The translations under genes were made by a program, and so were the position numbers. Below are positions 38,425 to 50,100 of a DNA stretch of 64,000 nt, one piece after another. The notes beneath the pieces are model-generated. The model ran no database searches. It was not told the DNA's origin and saw only the letters and a program-made list of their open reading frames with translations. The DNA lies in the NCBI GenBank assembly GCA_018696395.1, contig JABHQR010000011.1, forward strand, positions 56,482 through 120,481, written 5' to 3'. Position 1 is the first letter of the stretch. Each line of letters opens with the position of its first letter. Source of the DNA: an archaeon. Its GTDB lineage: Archaea > Nanobdellota > Nanobdellia > Woesearchaeales > GW2011-AR9.

Positions 38425-39372
38425 TTAATCTATTTTCCCCGACATTTGATTTTTAATCACGTTAATTTTATTTTTATGTGTCTTGATCCAATTATAATCC
38501 TGACACATATTATTTTCTAAAACGTACAATGGTTTTTCTTGATCAATGCAATGTCTTACTGCATGTAAGGTGCCGCTACTATCACTTGCACGAATTACAA
38601 CCACTCCGTGTGTTGATAAACAAGATACAGTATAATTTCTTTCAACAAAACCTGTGCCTTTAAAAGGATTAAATCCAATTGGATATTGGGATAGAACTAA
38701 ATGGTTGGTAGAGATATACTCTTGAAGTGTTTGATTTTCTGCTGGAAAATATCTGTCTAAAGCAGTTCCAATAACAGCAATGGTTGACCCATGATCTTTG
38801 ATGGCAGTTTTATGTGCCAATGTGTCACAACCTTTTGCAAGACCACTTACAATACAATAACCTGTTCCTTCTGTGTTGAACTTTGCTTTTTCACCATAAA
38901 TTAATCTCTCTAAGACAGATTTACCGTGGATTATGTCTTTTTGTTCTTCTAATTTTCGTGTGCCTATAACTACCATTGATGGTCTTTTAAGTAATTCTAA
39001 ATCTCCTCTATAATATAAAACCGGTGGGGAGTCATCATATTTTTTTAATGTTTCTGGATATTCTTTATCTTTGATTGTAATGGTGCCAAAATTGAAACTT
39101 GTTTGGTCTAATCTTTTCATGATTGTTTCAAATCCTGGAAATTGTGTTATTGGATCAGCAAATTGTCCAAACATATCTTTTGGTTTGTGTGCATAGAATG
39201 TATTTTCAAGATTACCGTAAGTTTCTAGCAAATTTCTTAAATGTTTATTTGATTTACGACTGATTCCTATCTTTTTAAGTTTAGGATTGTCTTTGCTAAG
39301 AATTAGGGCACAATGGTATAACGATTCCCTTCTTGATTTATCATTGAACATAAAAATGTTTGTGCGCGTCAT
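38425..39372 (-). CDS. DprA/Smf-family protein (ShosA-like)
   Basis: YPETLK..PPVLYYRGD, VVIGTR, IVSGLAKGCDTLAH, TIAVIGT, FVERN, SGTLHA. No C-terminal winged helix. Its stop codon abuts the next ATG. Confidence 0.9.
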   Translation of the reverse strand: MTRTNIFMFNDKSRRESLYHCALILSKDNPKLKKIGISRKSNKHLRNLLETYGNLENTFYAHKPKDMFGQFADPITQFPGFETIMKRLDQTSFNFGTITIKDKEYPETLKKYDDSPPVLYYRGDLELLKRPSMVVIGTRKLEEQKDIIHGKSVLERLIYGEKAKFNTEGTGYCIVSGLAKGCDTLAHKTAIKDHGSTIAVIGTALDRYFPAENQTLQEYISTNHLVLSQYPIGFNPFKGTGFVERNYTVSCLSTHGVVVIRASDSSGTLHAVRHCIDQEKPLYVLENNMCQDYNWIKTHKNKINVIKNQMSGKID

Positions 39373-39491
39373 ATTTTTAAGCTTTTATATTATATTTGAT
39401 ATAATCATGCTTGTGTGTTTGTATTTTAATATCTCCCGATATATCCACCACAATGAAAATTCTTATATAATCAGTTTGAAAATAGTTTAAT

Positions 39492-39803
39492 ATGGCAATA
39501 TTTGAAGGGATGTATGGGCTTTTTACTTTATTCAATTATGGGCACACTATTAGTGGTAAAATAAAAAAAGAGCATTTTAAAAATGAAGTTAATTTCTCTA
39601 ATTTAGAAAAATTGACTCTAGGTGGTTCTGTTTTGATTGGTATTGATGCGGTAATCACACCTTTATTTATTGGTGAATCTTTACATAATCTGTTGGGTGT
39701 CAATTTGGATTACAGTCATGAACAAGGAATTATGTCATTAGAATTTTTAGGTGCTTATTCTGGTATGTTTTATCATGCTGCAAAAAATTTTAAACAAGTT
39801 TGA
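39492..39803 (+). CDS. Small hypothetical protein, possibly membrane-associated
   Basis: 103-aa ORF with moderately hydrophobic segments. Confidence 0.55.
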   Translation: MAIFEGMYGLFTLFNYGHTISGKIKKEHFKNEVNFSNLEKLTLGGSVLIGIDAVITPLFIGESLHNLLGVNLDYSHEQGIMSLEFLGAYSGMFYHAAKNFKQV

Positions 39804-39897
39804 AATTAAATTATTTTTAATAAATTAATAATGTGTTAGTTTTTTTCCAATATAACTTAAATAGTAATCTTTAAATACCTGACAAATTTAATTTTAC

Positions 39898-41247
39898 ATG
39901 ATGGCAAACAAAATAATCCCAAATCAAAATAAGCAATTTGAAAAATCAATTAAAAATGTCAAAGTATTACATGATTTTTTAATGAGGGAATTTTATCAAT
40001 CAAGAAAATTATTACATCTAATCTCTCATGCTAAGAAAGGTAATAAAAAATTAGCAAAAAAATGTTTAAAAGAATTAAGGGGTATGTTTGGTATCGAGAG
40101 GGTTGAAAGGCGTGAAGGAAGAGTTTTTAATTCAATGGTTACTACGGTAAAATCTTTACAAACTAAATATAAAAAAAAGTTCCCTGGTGAAGTAGAAAAA
40201 ACTTTAAAATTATTAGAACAAGCAAAGATATATCACAATTTTTTTGTTAAAACTCTTTCTCGTGGTGGTAAAATTGAGGTCATGTTAAAAGAGGCAGAAA
40301 AAGACGATTCTAAATTATCTGATGTTGTTAAAGTAATTGAGGATGAACTTAAAAAGTTTCCTTCTTTTGAAGGTGTATTAGGATCAATTGAATCTAGTTT
40401 AAACTCAGAATTAAAACATTCTATGGTGGGCGAAGTTGATTTAGAACTAGAATTAGAAGTTAAGATTAAAGAGTTAGATGCTAAAATTGGCATATTACAA
40501 AAAGAATTAAAACAGGTCAGGTCAAGGTTTGGGTTTACTGAAACTTTTTTAGGTGGTATTTTCAGTAGTGATAAGGCGTCAGTTAAAAGAGAAAAAGAAA
40601 TTATAAGTACGCTTTGGGGAACTTCTATTTTTCGTGTTGGTGAGGGGATAGAAGGGGAGATTAGTAAGCTTAGAAATAAGTTGAACAAAATTAAAATTGC
40701 AAATGGTGAGAAAATTCATAATGGCCTAGTTCAGTTTGACGATATGTACATTGAAATTACTGATGCTAAGAAAAAAGCTGATTGGACTTTAAAATATGTC
40801 ACTAATTATTTGAAATTGTTAGAAGGTACGCTTAGTTCTTTAAGTTTTTCAGAAGGTTTAGAAGTGGGTGATTTATTTAGTAAAAATAAATCTATTTCTA
40901 TGGCTTCTTCTATGTCCAATCTTAGTTCTCAGTCAATGTTAAACAATGTGGCTAAAGAAACTAAACAATTAAAATTAGAATTAAAAAATTTTGATCTATT
41001 TTTTGAAAAATCTGATGTTCCAGTTGTTGGTCTTTATGACAGTTTAGATTTGTGTGCGGATCTTTTAGGTGTTCTTTCATTTGATATTACTAGTATATTT
41101 ACTTTAGATAATTTAAGTAAAAACAAGGCTAAAATTAGGAAGCTTAAAAATGCTGCAACGAAATTTAAGTTGCATATGGAAGATGAGTGTAACAGTTTTA
41201 ATATCTTGGTTACTAAATTTCATAATTCGATTAAACATGGGTCATAA
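39898..41247 (+). CDS. Coiled-coil/helical hypothetical protein
   Basis: 449 aa, K/E/L-rich heptads; TATA at 39870-39877. Confidence 0.75.
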   Translation: MMANKIIPNQNKQFEKSIKNVKVLHDFLMREFYQSRKLLHLISHAKKGNKKLAKKCLKELRGMFGIERVERREGRVFNSMVTTVKSLQTKYKKKFPGEVEKTLKLLEQAKIYHNFFVKTLSRGGKIEVMLKEAEKDDSKLSDVVKVIEDELKKFPSFEGVLGSIESSLNSELKHSMVGEVDLELELEVKIKELDAKIGILQKELKQVRSRFGFTETFLGGIFSSDKASVKREKEIISTLWGTSIFRVGEGIEGEISKLRNKLNKIKIANGEKIHNGLVQFDDMYIEITDAKKKADWTLKYVTNYLKLLEGTLSSLSFSEGLEVGDLFSKNKSISMASSMSNLSSQSMLNNVAKETKQLKLELKNFDLFFEKSDVPVVGLYDSLDLCADLLGVLSFDITSIFTLDNLSKNKAKIRKLKNAATKFKLHMEDECNSFNILVTKFHNSIKHGS

Positions 41248-41410
41248 TTTTTCATTATTTTTTCTTTTTTAAAAACAGGTGTTCTTTAACTTAAATATTT
41301 GATATAATTCAATACTTTTAATCAATTGAAACATTAATTGTTTATTAACTAACTATCAATACTTTAATTAATCGAAAAGAATATAAACTACTTCTTGCTT
41401 TTTCTTTATT

Positions 41411-42133
41411 ATGGAATCTACAAATTATATTCAAAAAATAATCGATAAGAAAACAGATGATGCTGTTCATCGAAAATTTATCCGGTTTAGCATTGGCGAA
41501 TTTCCTCGTGAAAAAATCATTATCAAACAAATGGCTAAAAAGTTACAAATTCAAACTGGGTTTGAGTTGGCAATTGATCTTTATTTACTAACTGCAGATT
41601 TGTTAGTTAAAGAAGATGTTACAATTGAAGGTAAGGGCGTTGTGTTTTCTACCACTAAAGGTTTGGAAAAAGATATTGAAAGTGCTGGGTTTGAATTGAT
41701 AGATAAAAAAGGTAAAAAGTATAACATTAAATTTGAAATGCCTGTATCTAAATTTAGGGAAGCGGTAGTTTCATTATCTCAATATTTTATGCTATTAAAT
41801 TATTCTGTGGCAGGTATTACTATGAAAGTTAAAGGATCATTACCTAAACCTGGTAAAATTGTGGAAAAATTTGCTACATTTAAAGTTGATAATAAATATG
41901 CTACTCCAATACTTGAAAACTTTTTGTTTGATATCGATAAAAGTGAATATTCCAAAGCAAAATCAATTGATGTCGACATCACTTTTATTATTGATGGTGC
42001 GGAAATACCTAAAGAATACCAGGACGATTTTGCTTTAGCAAGATTACATGCTAAGAAAAAAGGTAAGATTAAACGGGTAATCACTGTTGATGCTAATGTT
42101 GTAAAAGAGCATGAGTTTGATTTCTGTGTTTGA
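41411..42133 (+). CDS. Hypothetical protein
   Basis: 240-aa ORF with normal codon usage (VHRKFIRFSIGEF, LPKPGK). Confidence 0.75.
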   Translation: MESTNYIQKIIDKKTDDAVHRKFIRFSIGEFPREKIIIKQMAKKLQIQTGFELAIDLYLLTADLLVKEDVTIEGKGVVFSTTKGLEKDIESAGFELIDKKGKKYNIKFEMPVSKFREAVVSLSQYFMLLNYSVAGITMKVKGSLPKPGKIVEKFATFKVDNKYATPILENFLFDIDKSEYSKAKSIDVDITFIIDGAEIPKEYQDDFALARLHAKKKGKIKRVITVDANVVKEHEFDFCV

Positions 42134-42213
42134 TTTTTTTTCTATTTTTTAACTTAATTCAAACTTCTTCCTAGTTAACTTTATAAAATATTGAACTACT
42201 ATAATTCTTTATC

Positions 42214-44472
42214 ATGGCAAGTATAAAAAAATTGTTAGAATCAAAAGAGAAAATTGTCGTAACTGCAGCATTACCTTACGCAAATGGAGAAATGCATGTG
42301 GGGCATGTCTTAGAACATATTCAAGTAGACATCTATACTAGATTTTTAAGATTGATTGGAAAAGATGCAATATTAATTTGTGCTTCTGATATGCATGGTA
42401 CTCCTATTGAAGTTAATGCAAAGAAAGTAGGTAAACAACCAGAAGAATATGCTTTACCTTTTTGCAAAAAACATCAAAAAGATTTTGCTAAATATTTAGT
42501 GAAATATGATAATTATTACAAAACTCATTCTCCTGAAAATAAAGAAATGGCTTACTATTTTTACAAAATTTTGAAAGATAAAGGTTACATTTACATTAAA
42601 GAAATTCCTACTGTGTTTTGTTCTTCTTGTAACCGTCATTTGCCTGATCGGTTTGTGAAAGGTATTTGTCCTCATTGTAATGAAGAAGATCAGTACGGTG
42701 ATATCTGTGAAAAATGTTCAACTGCACTGAAAGGGATAGATTTAGTTAACCCTAAATGTACTTTATGTGGTAACGAACCTGAACATAAAAATAGTTCTCA
42801 TTACTTTTTCAAGTTAAAAGATTTTTCTTTAGAATTACAAGCATGGTTTAATGATGATAATTCTTTGATACAAAAAGAAATTAAAAATTGGATCACTAAC
42901 TGGATAAAAGGCGGGTTAGATGATTGGTGTATCTCTCGTGATGAACCTTATTTTGGGTTTGAAGTTCCGGACTGTTTAGATGAAATAGGTGAGAAAAAGT
43001 ATCTATATGTGTGGTTAGATGCACCTATTGGATACATTTCTTCAACAGTAAATTATTGTGATAAAATGTCCAGTGAAAATAAAGATCTTAATTGGGAAGA
43101 TTATTGGAAGTCTGACAAAGGGCAAGTATTACATTTCATCGGTAAAGATATTGCTTATTTCCATTACTTGTTTTGGCCAGCTGTATTGAAAGGTGCTGGT
43201 TTTCCATTACCAGTATTAACTACTCATGGTTTTGTTAATTTGAACAGTTCTAAAATGAGCAAATCTCGTGGAAACTATTTTTCTGCTGCAGAATTTTTTG
43301 AATTGTTTGGAGCGGAAGGATTAAGATTTTATTATGCTAATCGGTTGGATCGTTCAATTGTAGACTTAGATTTAAGTTTAGATGATTTTGAAGCTGTGAA
43401 CAATAAAGTTTTAATTGCTAATTTGGGTAATTTTTGTTATCGGAGTTTAAGTTTTGCTGCTAAGAATTACTCTCAGGGGTTTGATAAAGTTGCTAATGGT
43501 GACGATGAACAGAAATTGGTTGAGGAGTTTAATAAGTTAGTTCATAGTCCGAATGGTGTTAAAGATTGTTATTATGGACAAAATTTTAAAGGTGCAGTTA
43601 AACTTATTTTACAAATTTCTGATCTGGGTAATGTTTATTTTCAAAAATTAGAACCTTGGAAGAAAAGGGAAAGTGAGGAAGGTGAAAAACTGGTTTGTGA
43701 GAAAATTGCTTTTATATTAAATCTGGCCCGGAACTTATCAATTTTAATTAAACCAATTTTACCAGAATTTTCTGCTAAAATTGAAAAATCATTCGGTGTA
43801 GAATCTGTTGTTGGTAAGGGTTGTGATGGGTTACAATGGGAAGATATCAATTTTGATTGGACTGGCCATATTGAAATGGTAGATAAATTAGTTGATCGGA
43901 TTGATGCTAAAATTGCAAAAGAAAGATTGAATGTTGTAACTGGTGGAGATGTTAAAAGTGATTCTAAAAAAGAGAATTGTTTACCTTTAAGTTTACGAGT
44001 GGGTCAAGTTGTAGAAATTAAAAATCATTCCAATGCAGAAAAATTGTATGTTTTGCAAGTAGATTTTGGTGGGGAGATCGGTAAAAAACAAATAGTTTCA
44101 GGGTTACGTGGTCATTTTGAACCTAACGATCTTTTATTTCACAAATTTTTATTTTGTATCAACTTACAACCCGTTAAACTGCGTGGTGAAATGAGTGAAG
44201 GGATGATACTTGTTGCTGAAGAAAAGGATGAAGGTGGTGAAAAGCTTACCTTGCTTGAATTGAAACCAAGCCAGTTTGAAAATGTTGAATTGGGTGAATT
44301 TGCTACTTTTGGTGATTTAATTGTTTGTGAAGATGAAATTGATTACAAACAATTCTTGAAAGTTAAAATGAAAATTTTGGGTTGTAAAGTTGTTTGGAAA
44401 GAGAAAAGTCTTAATGTTGCTGGGAAAGAATTAGGATTGCCTGATGTAAGTGATGGTGCTAAGATCAGTTAA
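42214..44472 (+). CDS. metG: Methionyl-tRNA synthetase with C-terminal tRNA-binding domain
   Basis: TAALPYANGEMHVGH, DMHGTPI, zinc knuckles, YVWLDAPIGY, GKDI, KMSKS and C-terminal LRVGQV..HSNAEKLY..SEGMIL. Confidence 0.97.
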   Translation: MASIKKLLESKEKIVVTAALPYANGEMHVGHVLEHIQVDIYTRFLRLIGKDAILICASDMHGTPIEVNAKKVGKQPEEYALPFCKKHQKDFAKYLVKYDNYYKTHSPENKEMAYYFYKILKDKGYIYIKEIPTVFCSSCNRHLPDRFVKGICPHCNEEDQYGDICEKCSTALKGIDLVNPKCTLCGNEPEHKNSSHYFFKLKDFSLELQAWFNDDNSLIQKEIKNWITNWIKGGLDDWCISRDEPYFGFEVPDCLDEIGEKKYLYVWLDAPIGYISSTVNYCDKMSSENKDLNWEDYWKSDKGQVLHFIGKDIAYFHYLFWPAVLKGAGFPLPVLTTHGFVNLNSSKMSKSRGNYFSAAEFFELFGAEGLRFYYANRLDRSIVDLDLSLDDFEAVNNKVLIANLGNFCYRSLSFAAKNYSQGFDKVANGDDEQKLVEEFNKLVHSPNGVKDCYYGQNFKGAVKLILQISDLGNVYFQKLEPWKKRESEEGEKLVCEKIAFILNLARNLSILIKPILPEFSAKIEKSFGVESVVGKGCDGLQWEDINFDWTGHIEMVDKLVDRIDAKIAKERLNVVTGGDVKSDSKKENCLPLSLRVGQVVEIKNHSNAEKLYVLQVDFGGEIGKKQIVSGLRGHFEPNDLLFHKFLFCINLQPVKLRGEMSEGMILVAEEKDEGGEKLTLLELKPSQFENVELGEFATFGDLIVCEDEIDYKQFLKVKMKILGCKVVWKEKSLNVAGKELGLPDVSDGAKIS

Positions 44473-44633
44473 TTAAATATAGTTCACTGCAATTATTTTA
44501 TTTATTTATTATGTTATATTCTTCTTTTATTATATACTTTTAATACTTTTATAAAATAAAAACATTTATAAATCTTCAGAGATTGTTTTTAATATAAATT
44601 TCGAGATAGATTTTTGGCTCAAAGGGGTAATGG

Positions 44634-47081
44634 ATGTTGAAAAAGGGGCAAGTTACAGTATTTATGATTATAGGAATTCTAATTCTTGCTATTATGGGTG
44701 TTATGTTGTATGTCAGCAACACATTTATTACTGAAGAATTTGCAGCTGAAGGTCAACCAATAGTTGATACTGTTACTCAAGAGTTTGTTGCAATTCAAGG
44801 ATATACTGAAACTTGCTTATACAGCACAGCTCAAAATGGTTTGATTCTTCTTGGCCAACAAGGTGGCTACATTTATCCAACTTCATTAGGCGATTTCTCA
44901 ATAACAAATCCAACAGATTCAATTGGGATCTCTATTGATCCTTTACTAATCCCATACTGGCATTACAATTCTGAATATAATGGTAATCCTAGCGTTTCAT
45001 TGGCTAGTTTACAACCTTCACTTTATGATTCTGATTTAGATAAAGATTATGCTGGTGGTGAGTATATGAGTATTGAAGCTCAACTTGGTCGTTATATTGA
45101 AGAGGAGATTAATGATTGTTTAAACGATTACGAAGTTTTCAGTGGTCAGGGATTTAATGTTTCAGCAGATTTTTCTGGAATGCAAGCTACTGCTAGGGTT
45201 TGGGACAGCGGTTATGTTGATTTTATTTTAGAACTTGATTTAAGTGCGGTTAAAGGTGGTGCTCAACAAGAAATGACCACTTTTTATGCGAGCCATGATT
45301 TAGATTTAGCACACATTTACGATATTGCTAACCAGATAACTGAAGCAGAACAGAACTATACCTTTTTAGAAAATCAAGCTTTGGAGTTGCTGAGTATTTA
45401 TTCACGTTTAGATTCAGATTTTTTAGCGCCAATGTCTTCAATGGATGTTGGTGATACCTCAGATAGTGTTACTTGGTCAGCTACTGAAATTAAATCTAAG
45501 GTTATTGGTTTGTTAAGTTCATATGTTCCTGTGTTAAGATATTATGGGAGTGAAAATTTTATGCGTTATGAATATTCTGATGATGAACTGTTAACTGACT
45601 TATATCAACAAATATCTGATAATATGGTAGTTCCATTAGGTGGTGCTGAAGATTTAGGTGTAAGTTTTAGTTATTTTTCATGGGAACCTTACTTGAGTAT
45701 GAATGGTGGCCAAGAAGAAATTGAACCGAGTGGGATGGTAGTTACCAGTCCTTTTGATGTTGTTCCATTTAAGTTTGGTTTTTTAAATTATTATAACACT
45801 TACGATTTAAGTTATCCTGTACTTGTAACAATTGAAGATGATGGAGCTTTCAAAGGTGAAGGTTACACTTTTAATCTTGCATTAGAATCAAACATAATTA
45901 ATAATATCCCTGCTGAATCTACTGAAAGTTTACCAATTCCAACAGTTTCATCTAACAAGGCAAGTTTGGCTTGTGATGAAGAACAAAGAAATACTGAACT
46001 AATTCAAACTATCGTGGTTGATGCTTATACTAATGAACCTATTGAAATGGTGGATGTAGTATTTGAACTTCCTGGATTTGACAGTTGTTATATGGGTGAA
46101 ACTGATAATTTAGGAAGTTTAGAAGATAATTATCCTTCAGCTTATGGTGGGGTACTTGAATTGTCACATGATGATTATTTAACAACTGAATACTTGATAG
46201 ATACTAATTTCTTTAAAGAGTCTGGTGGACTTTATGGGTATTCAATTGCTGGATTAGATTATCAAGTATTAATGATGTATCAAGAACAAGAATTAGAAGT
46301 TAGTATTGATGGTTTGTTTTTGAGAAAATGTATCACTCCAAAAGTTTGTATTAGTAAGTGGAATTATAGGCAAGATGATTGTAATGAAGATGCTGACCAA
46401 ATCTGTTTCAGTAATGGTAATGTTTCAATGTTAGGTTCAGCATTCTTTTCAGATTCAGTTTTAACTTTAACAGCTAATGGTAGTATTACCAGAAGTAACG
46501 AATATTATGCTAACTCAGGTTCAATTGAATTTTTACCTGAATATTATCAAGCAACATTAATTTTGGAAAGAGTTAGTCCTCTTGTAGAAGATTATGGTAG
46601 TGCTCAATATACTCAGTTTGTTAATTTAGAGGGAAATGAAACAAACACAATTACATTAGTTCCTGGGATTTACAAAGTAGATTTGAATGTAATGATTAAT
46701 GACGATGTTTTAATATATGAGGATGATCGTTGTTTATACGATGATGAAGAAGATGATTATACTTGTAATAATATGACTGGTTTAACATTAGACAATTATG
46801 TTGGTGGATCTTATTCATGGGATACAGAAGATACTTACTGGTATGTTTATCCTGAAGATTTATACAGTTCAGACGAATTAACTTTCCATGCATTATTGTA
46901 TGATATTAATGATGCACCTCAATCAACAATAAGTTATGATGACGATAATGATGAAATTGAAATTAATGTTCAAACGCATGAAGATTTGATGGTTTCTGGA
47001 TATATCTCTGAAATCGCTGCGATGGAAAATGCTCGAGCAACTCTTGAACCAGAATGGAGTTCAAGTTGGATTGAGGAATAA
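44634..47081 (+). CDS. Large acidic surface protein with class III (pilin-type) signal peptide
   Basis: MLKKG|QVTVFMIIGILILAI.., Y.E.CL......GL.L.GQQG motif shared with 56308..58797, D/E-rich. Confidence 0.85.
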   Translation: MLKKGQVTVFMIIGILILAIMGVMLYVSNTFITEEFAAEGQPIVDTVTQEFVAIQGYTETCLYSTAQNGLILLGQQGGYIYPTSLGDFSITNPTDSIGISIDPLLIPYWHYNSEYNGNPSVSLASLQPSLYDSDLDKDYAGGEYMSIEAQLGRYIEEEINDCLNDYEVFSGQGFNVSADFSGMQATARVWDSGYVDFILELDLSAVKGGAQQEMTTFYASHDLDLAHIYDIANQITEAEQNYTFLENQALELLSIYSRLDSDFLAPMSSMDVGDTSDSVTWSATEIKSKVIGLLSSYVPVLRYYGSENFMRYEYSDDELLTDLYQQISDNMVVPLGGAEDLGVSFSYFSWEPYLSMNGGQEEIEPSGMVVTSPFDVVPFKFGFLNYYNTYDLSYPVLVTIEDDGAFKGEGYTFNLALESNIINNIPAESTESLPIPTVSSNKASLACDEEQRNTELIQTIVVDAYTNEPIEMVDVVFELPGFDSCYMGETDNLGSLEDNYPSAYGGVLELSHDDYLTTEYLIDTNFFKESGGLYGYSIAGLDYQVLMMYQEQELEVSIDGLFLRKCITPKVCISKWNYRQDDCNEDADQICFSNGNVSMLGSAFFSDSVLTLTANGSITRSNEYYANSGSIEFLPEYYQATLILERVSPLVEDYGSAQYTQFVNLEGNETNTITLVPGIYKVDLNVMINDDVLIYEDDRCLYDDEEDDYTCNNMTGLTLDNYVGGSYSWDTEDTYWYVYPEDLYSSDELTFHALLYDINDAPQSTISYDDDNDEIEINVQTHEDLMVSGYISEIAAMENARATLEPEWSSSWIEE

Positions 47082-47144
47082 TGTTAAAAAGACAAGAAAT
47101 TTATGTTTAAATAAAAAAATTAAAATTTTAAAAAAAATGATAAG

Positions 47145-50100
47145 ATGGATTTAGAAAGTTTGAACAGGCCAATTGAAAGGCAAAATGTTATTGAAAATGA
47201 ATCAACTAATTGGGAATCTGCTCAAAGTATAAGGTCGAAAAAGATTTGGTCTTTTGTGGGTTTATTTATTATATGTTTAGTTGTAAGTTTACCAATCTAT
47301 TCTGCTAATGCAATGGCAACATCACTTTCAGTTACATCCAATACAGGTAATAGTAATTATGAAGGTTACCTTAATGCTGAAGGTGATACTTGGAATTTAG
47401 AAGCTACCATCACTGATTATGAATCGGATTTTGGTGAAACTGCGATTAGTCCAGATCAAGTTATTGCTGAAATTGGAAGTTCTCAAGTGGAATTTAATTC
47501 TTGTTCAGCAAGTTCTGGAAATACAGTCTGTAAATTTCAAAGTGTACTTGAAGATGGTATTGCAGAAGGTACTTACAGTTTTGATGTTGTCATTTATGAT
47601 ATGGTTGAAGGTTCTAATAGTAGTGATTTAGGAGGTATGTTGGCATCAGATTCTGAAACTATTACTGCAGATGGTTCTGAACCAAGTATTTCTATTAGTG
47701 ACATATATCAAATGGACGGTAATGTTTATCTTGACTTTACTGTTGAAGATCAACCTGATGGATTATGTTCTGGGTTAAGTGAAATTGAAATTCTTGATTC
47801 TGAAACTGGAACCTCACTAGAAACTATTAGTTTAAGTGAAGAAGATTGGTTAGGTGTTTGTGAATTTGATTATATTAATGATGGAGATAATGCTGGTGTG
47901 TTATCTGTTGAACTTGATGGTGAAGGTACTAGATATATTAAAGTTCAAGCAACAGACTTTTTAGGTCATACAGAAACCAGTTCCGCTTACAGTTTCGCAA
48001 CAGACTTTGTTGCACCGGTGATTCAAACTGGAACTTTAGCACTTCTAGATTTTGGCGCTTATGTTGGTGAAGAAATTCAAGCAAGTGATGTTGCAATTAA
48101 CATTACTGAATGTGACGAAATTGCAGATGTTACTGCAACTTCTGACGATATGGAATTTTATAGTCAATCTGCTGATTGTGACGAGATTGATGATGAAGAA
48201 TGTATCTGGGAATGTATCTGGGAAGATATTTCAATTAATGCTGATGGCAGTTCAGTTTCTGCTGAAATCACTGCAGTTGACGAAGCTGGCAATTCTGCAA
48301 GTTCAACTGTAAGTTCAACTTTTGATCTTGATTCAGATGCTCCTGAAGTAATATATTTCGGATCTCAGTATCAATATGATGATTATAGTTACGTTCCTGC
48401 TGATGGCGATTCTGTGTTATACATGCAAATTTCTGAAAGTGGTTCAGGGATTGACGAAGATAGTATCGCATTAAATTTGTACGCGTTCGGCGAAAGTGAT
48501 TGGCAAGAACCTGACGTTTGTGAAAATTCTACTTCAGGAAGTTATGATTATGAATGTCAATGGGAAATTGACGATGCTGGAACTGATGGCATGACTACTA
48601 CTGAAGAAGTTAATTTAAGGTATGTTAGTGATAAAGTTGGTAATGATGGAACTTTAACATCTTATGAAATTATTGTTGATGGTGTTCAACCGCAAATTAC
48701 AGAATTGGAAGTGTATGGTTTTTCTGCTATCGGTCAGAAAGATTATTTTCAAAGTAATGATGATTTAGTAATTGAAATGACTGTTACTGAAACTTCTGGA
48801 TTAGCAGTTTATGTTGACGTTAACGATATTGTTATGGACGCTGAAAATAAGTATCTGTACGACGATTTGAAGTATGGCAAGAACATGACTGGTTGGGTAG
48901 AGTTTGATGAAAGTAGTTGTTCAAGAGATGAAGAAACTATTGATTGGGAATGTTCATTCAGTGTAGATTCTATTAAAAGTGGGTACGATAGTCATGCAAA
49001 TTTTGAAGTGTTGATTATGGACACTGCTGGTAATTCTGCTAACTGGGAATATCTTGACAGTAACGATGATGCTCAGAACGTTATCGGTGGAAGTGAAGGA
49101 GAATATTCTATCGAGATATATGCTTTGGACGAAGAAACTCAGCCAGACTTTTGGGAACAGTCAAGTGGTTCTTCAACATTGAATAGTGCGTTTGTAGATT
49201 TAGATATTGTAGGATTAACTTATCCGCAAATTGCTCTTACTACTAGTTTAAGGTCAGACAATGATGCTAAAGCTACTTTAATTGAATTGGATGAATGTTA
49301 TCCAAGTGAAGATGAAACTGGATATACCCCTACAATTTCAAGATCATTATTGTTTGGCGGTAGTGCTTCTGGTGAGCCAGATTCTAGTCCTGACTTAACA
49401 ATCATTTTAGAATTTGAATCTTTCGCAGCTTCAGAAGTGGTAGATTTAGGGGCATTAGCTGAAGATGGTGATGATGAGTTTGATGGTATTGATTTAGAGT
49501 ATACTTGTCAGATGAGGATTTATTCTGTGCTTGACGATACTGCATTAAGTTATGCAGAAACTCAAGAAATTGATTTAGTAATACCTTTTGAATATTCAGA
49601 AATGGGTGCATTGGACGAAAATGTTGATTTGTTAATGTACGAAGCTGTAGATAAGGGTTGGTTCAGATTTTTAAACGTTATGGGTAAGATTCAGAAAATA
49701 ATTAATTGGATCCAGTGGGGTGGTAAAATTATCACTGCATTTATGACGTTAATAAATGTTATAGATATTATTCAGATTGGATTTGATAAAACTAGGGTAT
49801 TAAGTAGTGGTGGTTATTTCTTTGCATCAAATGCTTGTATAGTTTCTAATGTAGGGATTAAAGAAAATTTAATCAATTTTTTTGACGATTTTGGAGTTGT
49901 ATTTCAAATATTGTCTTGTAACCCTAGTCCTACTAAAATAGATGGTGGTACTGGAGCTGCAACTGCAGTACATAATTATCAACAAGGTGTACTTGAAATT
50001 TGGAAAGTTGCTAAAGGCGATTGGATTGGAAATGCTTTCGCTGATAAAATTGGTGATTCTGGAGAAAAAACAGCTTCAGGAGAAGCTTGGAGTGATATTG

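Noticed and set aside
38425-39372. Natural-competence dprA/comF locus
   Set aside because: The partner has a HAD domain and no ComF zinc finger, and the DprA lacks the C-terminal domain; a ShosTA-like module fits better.
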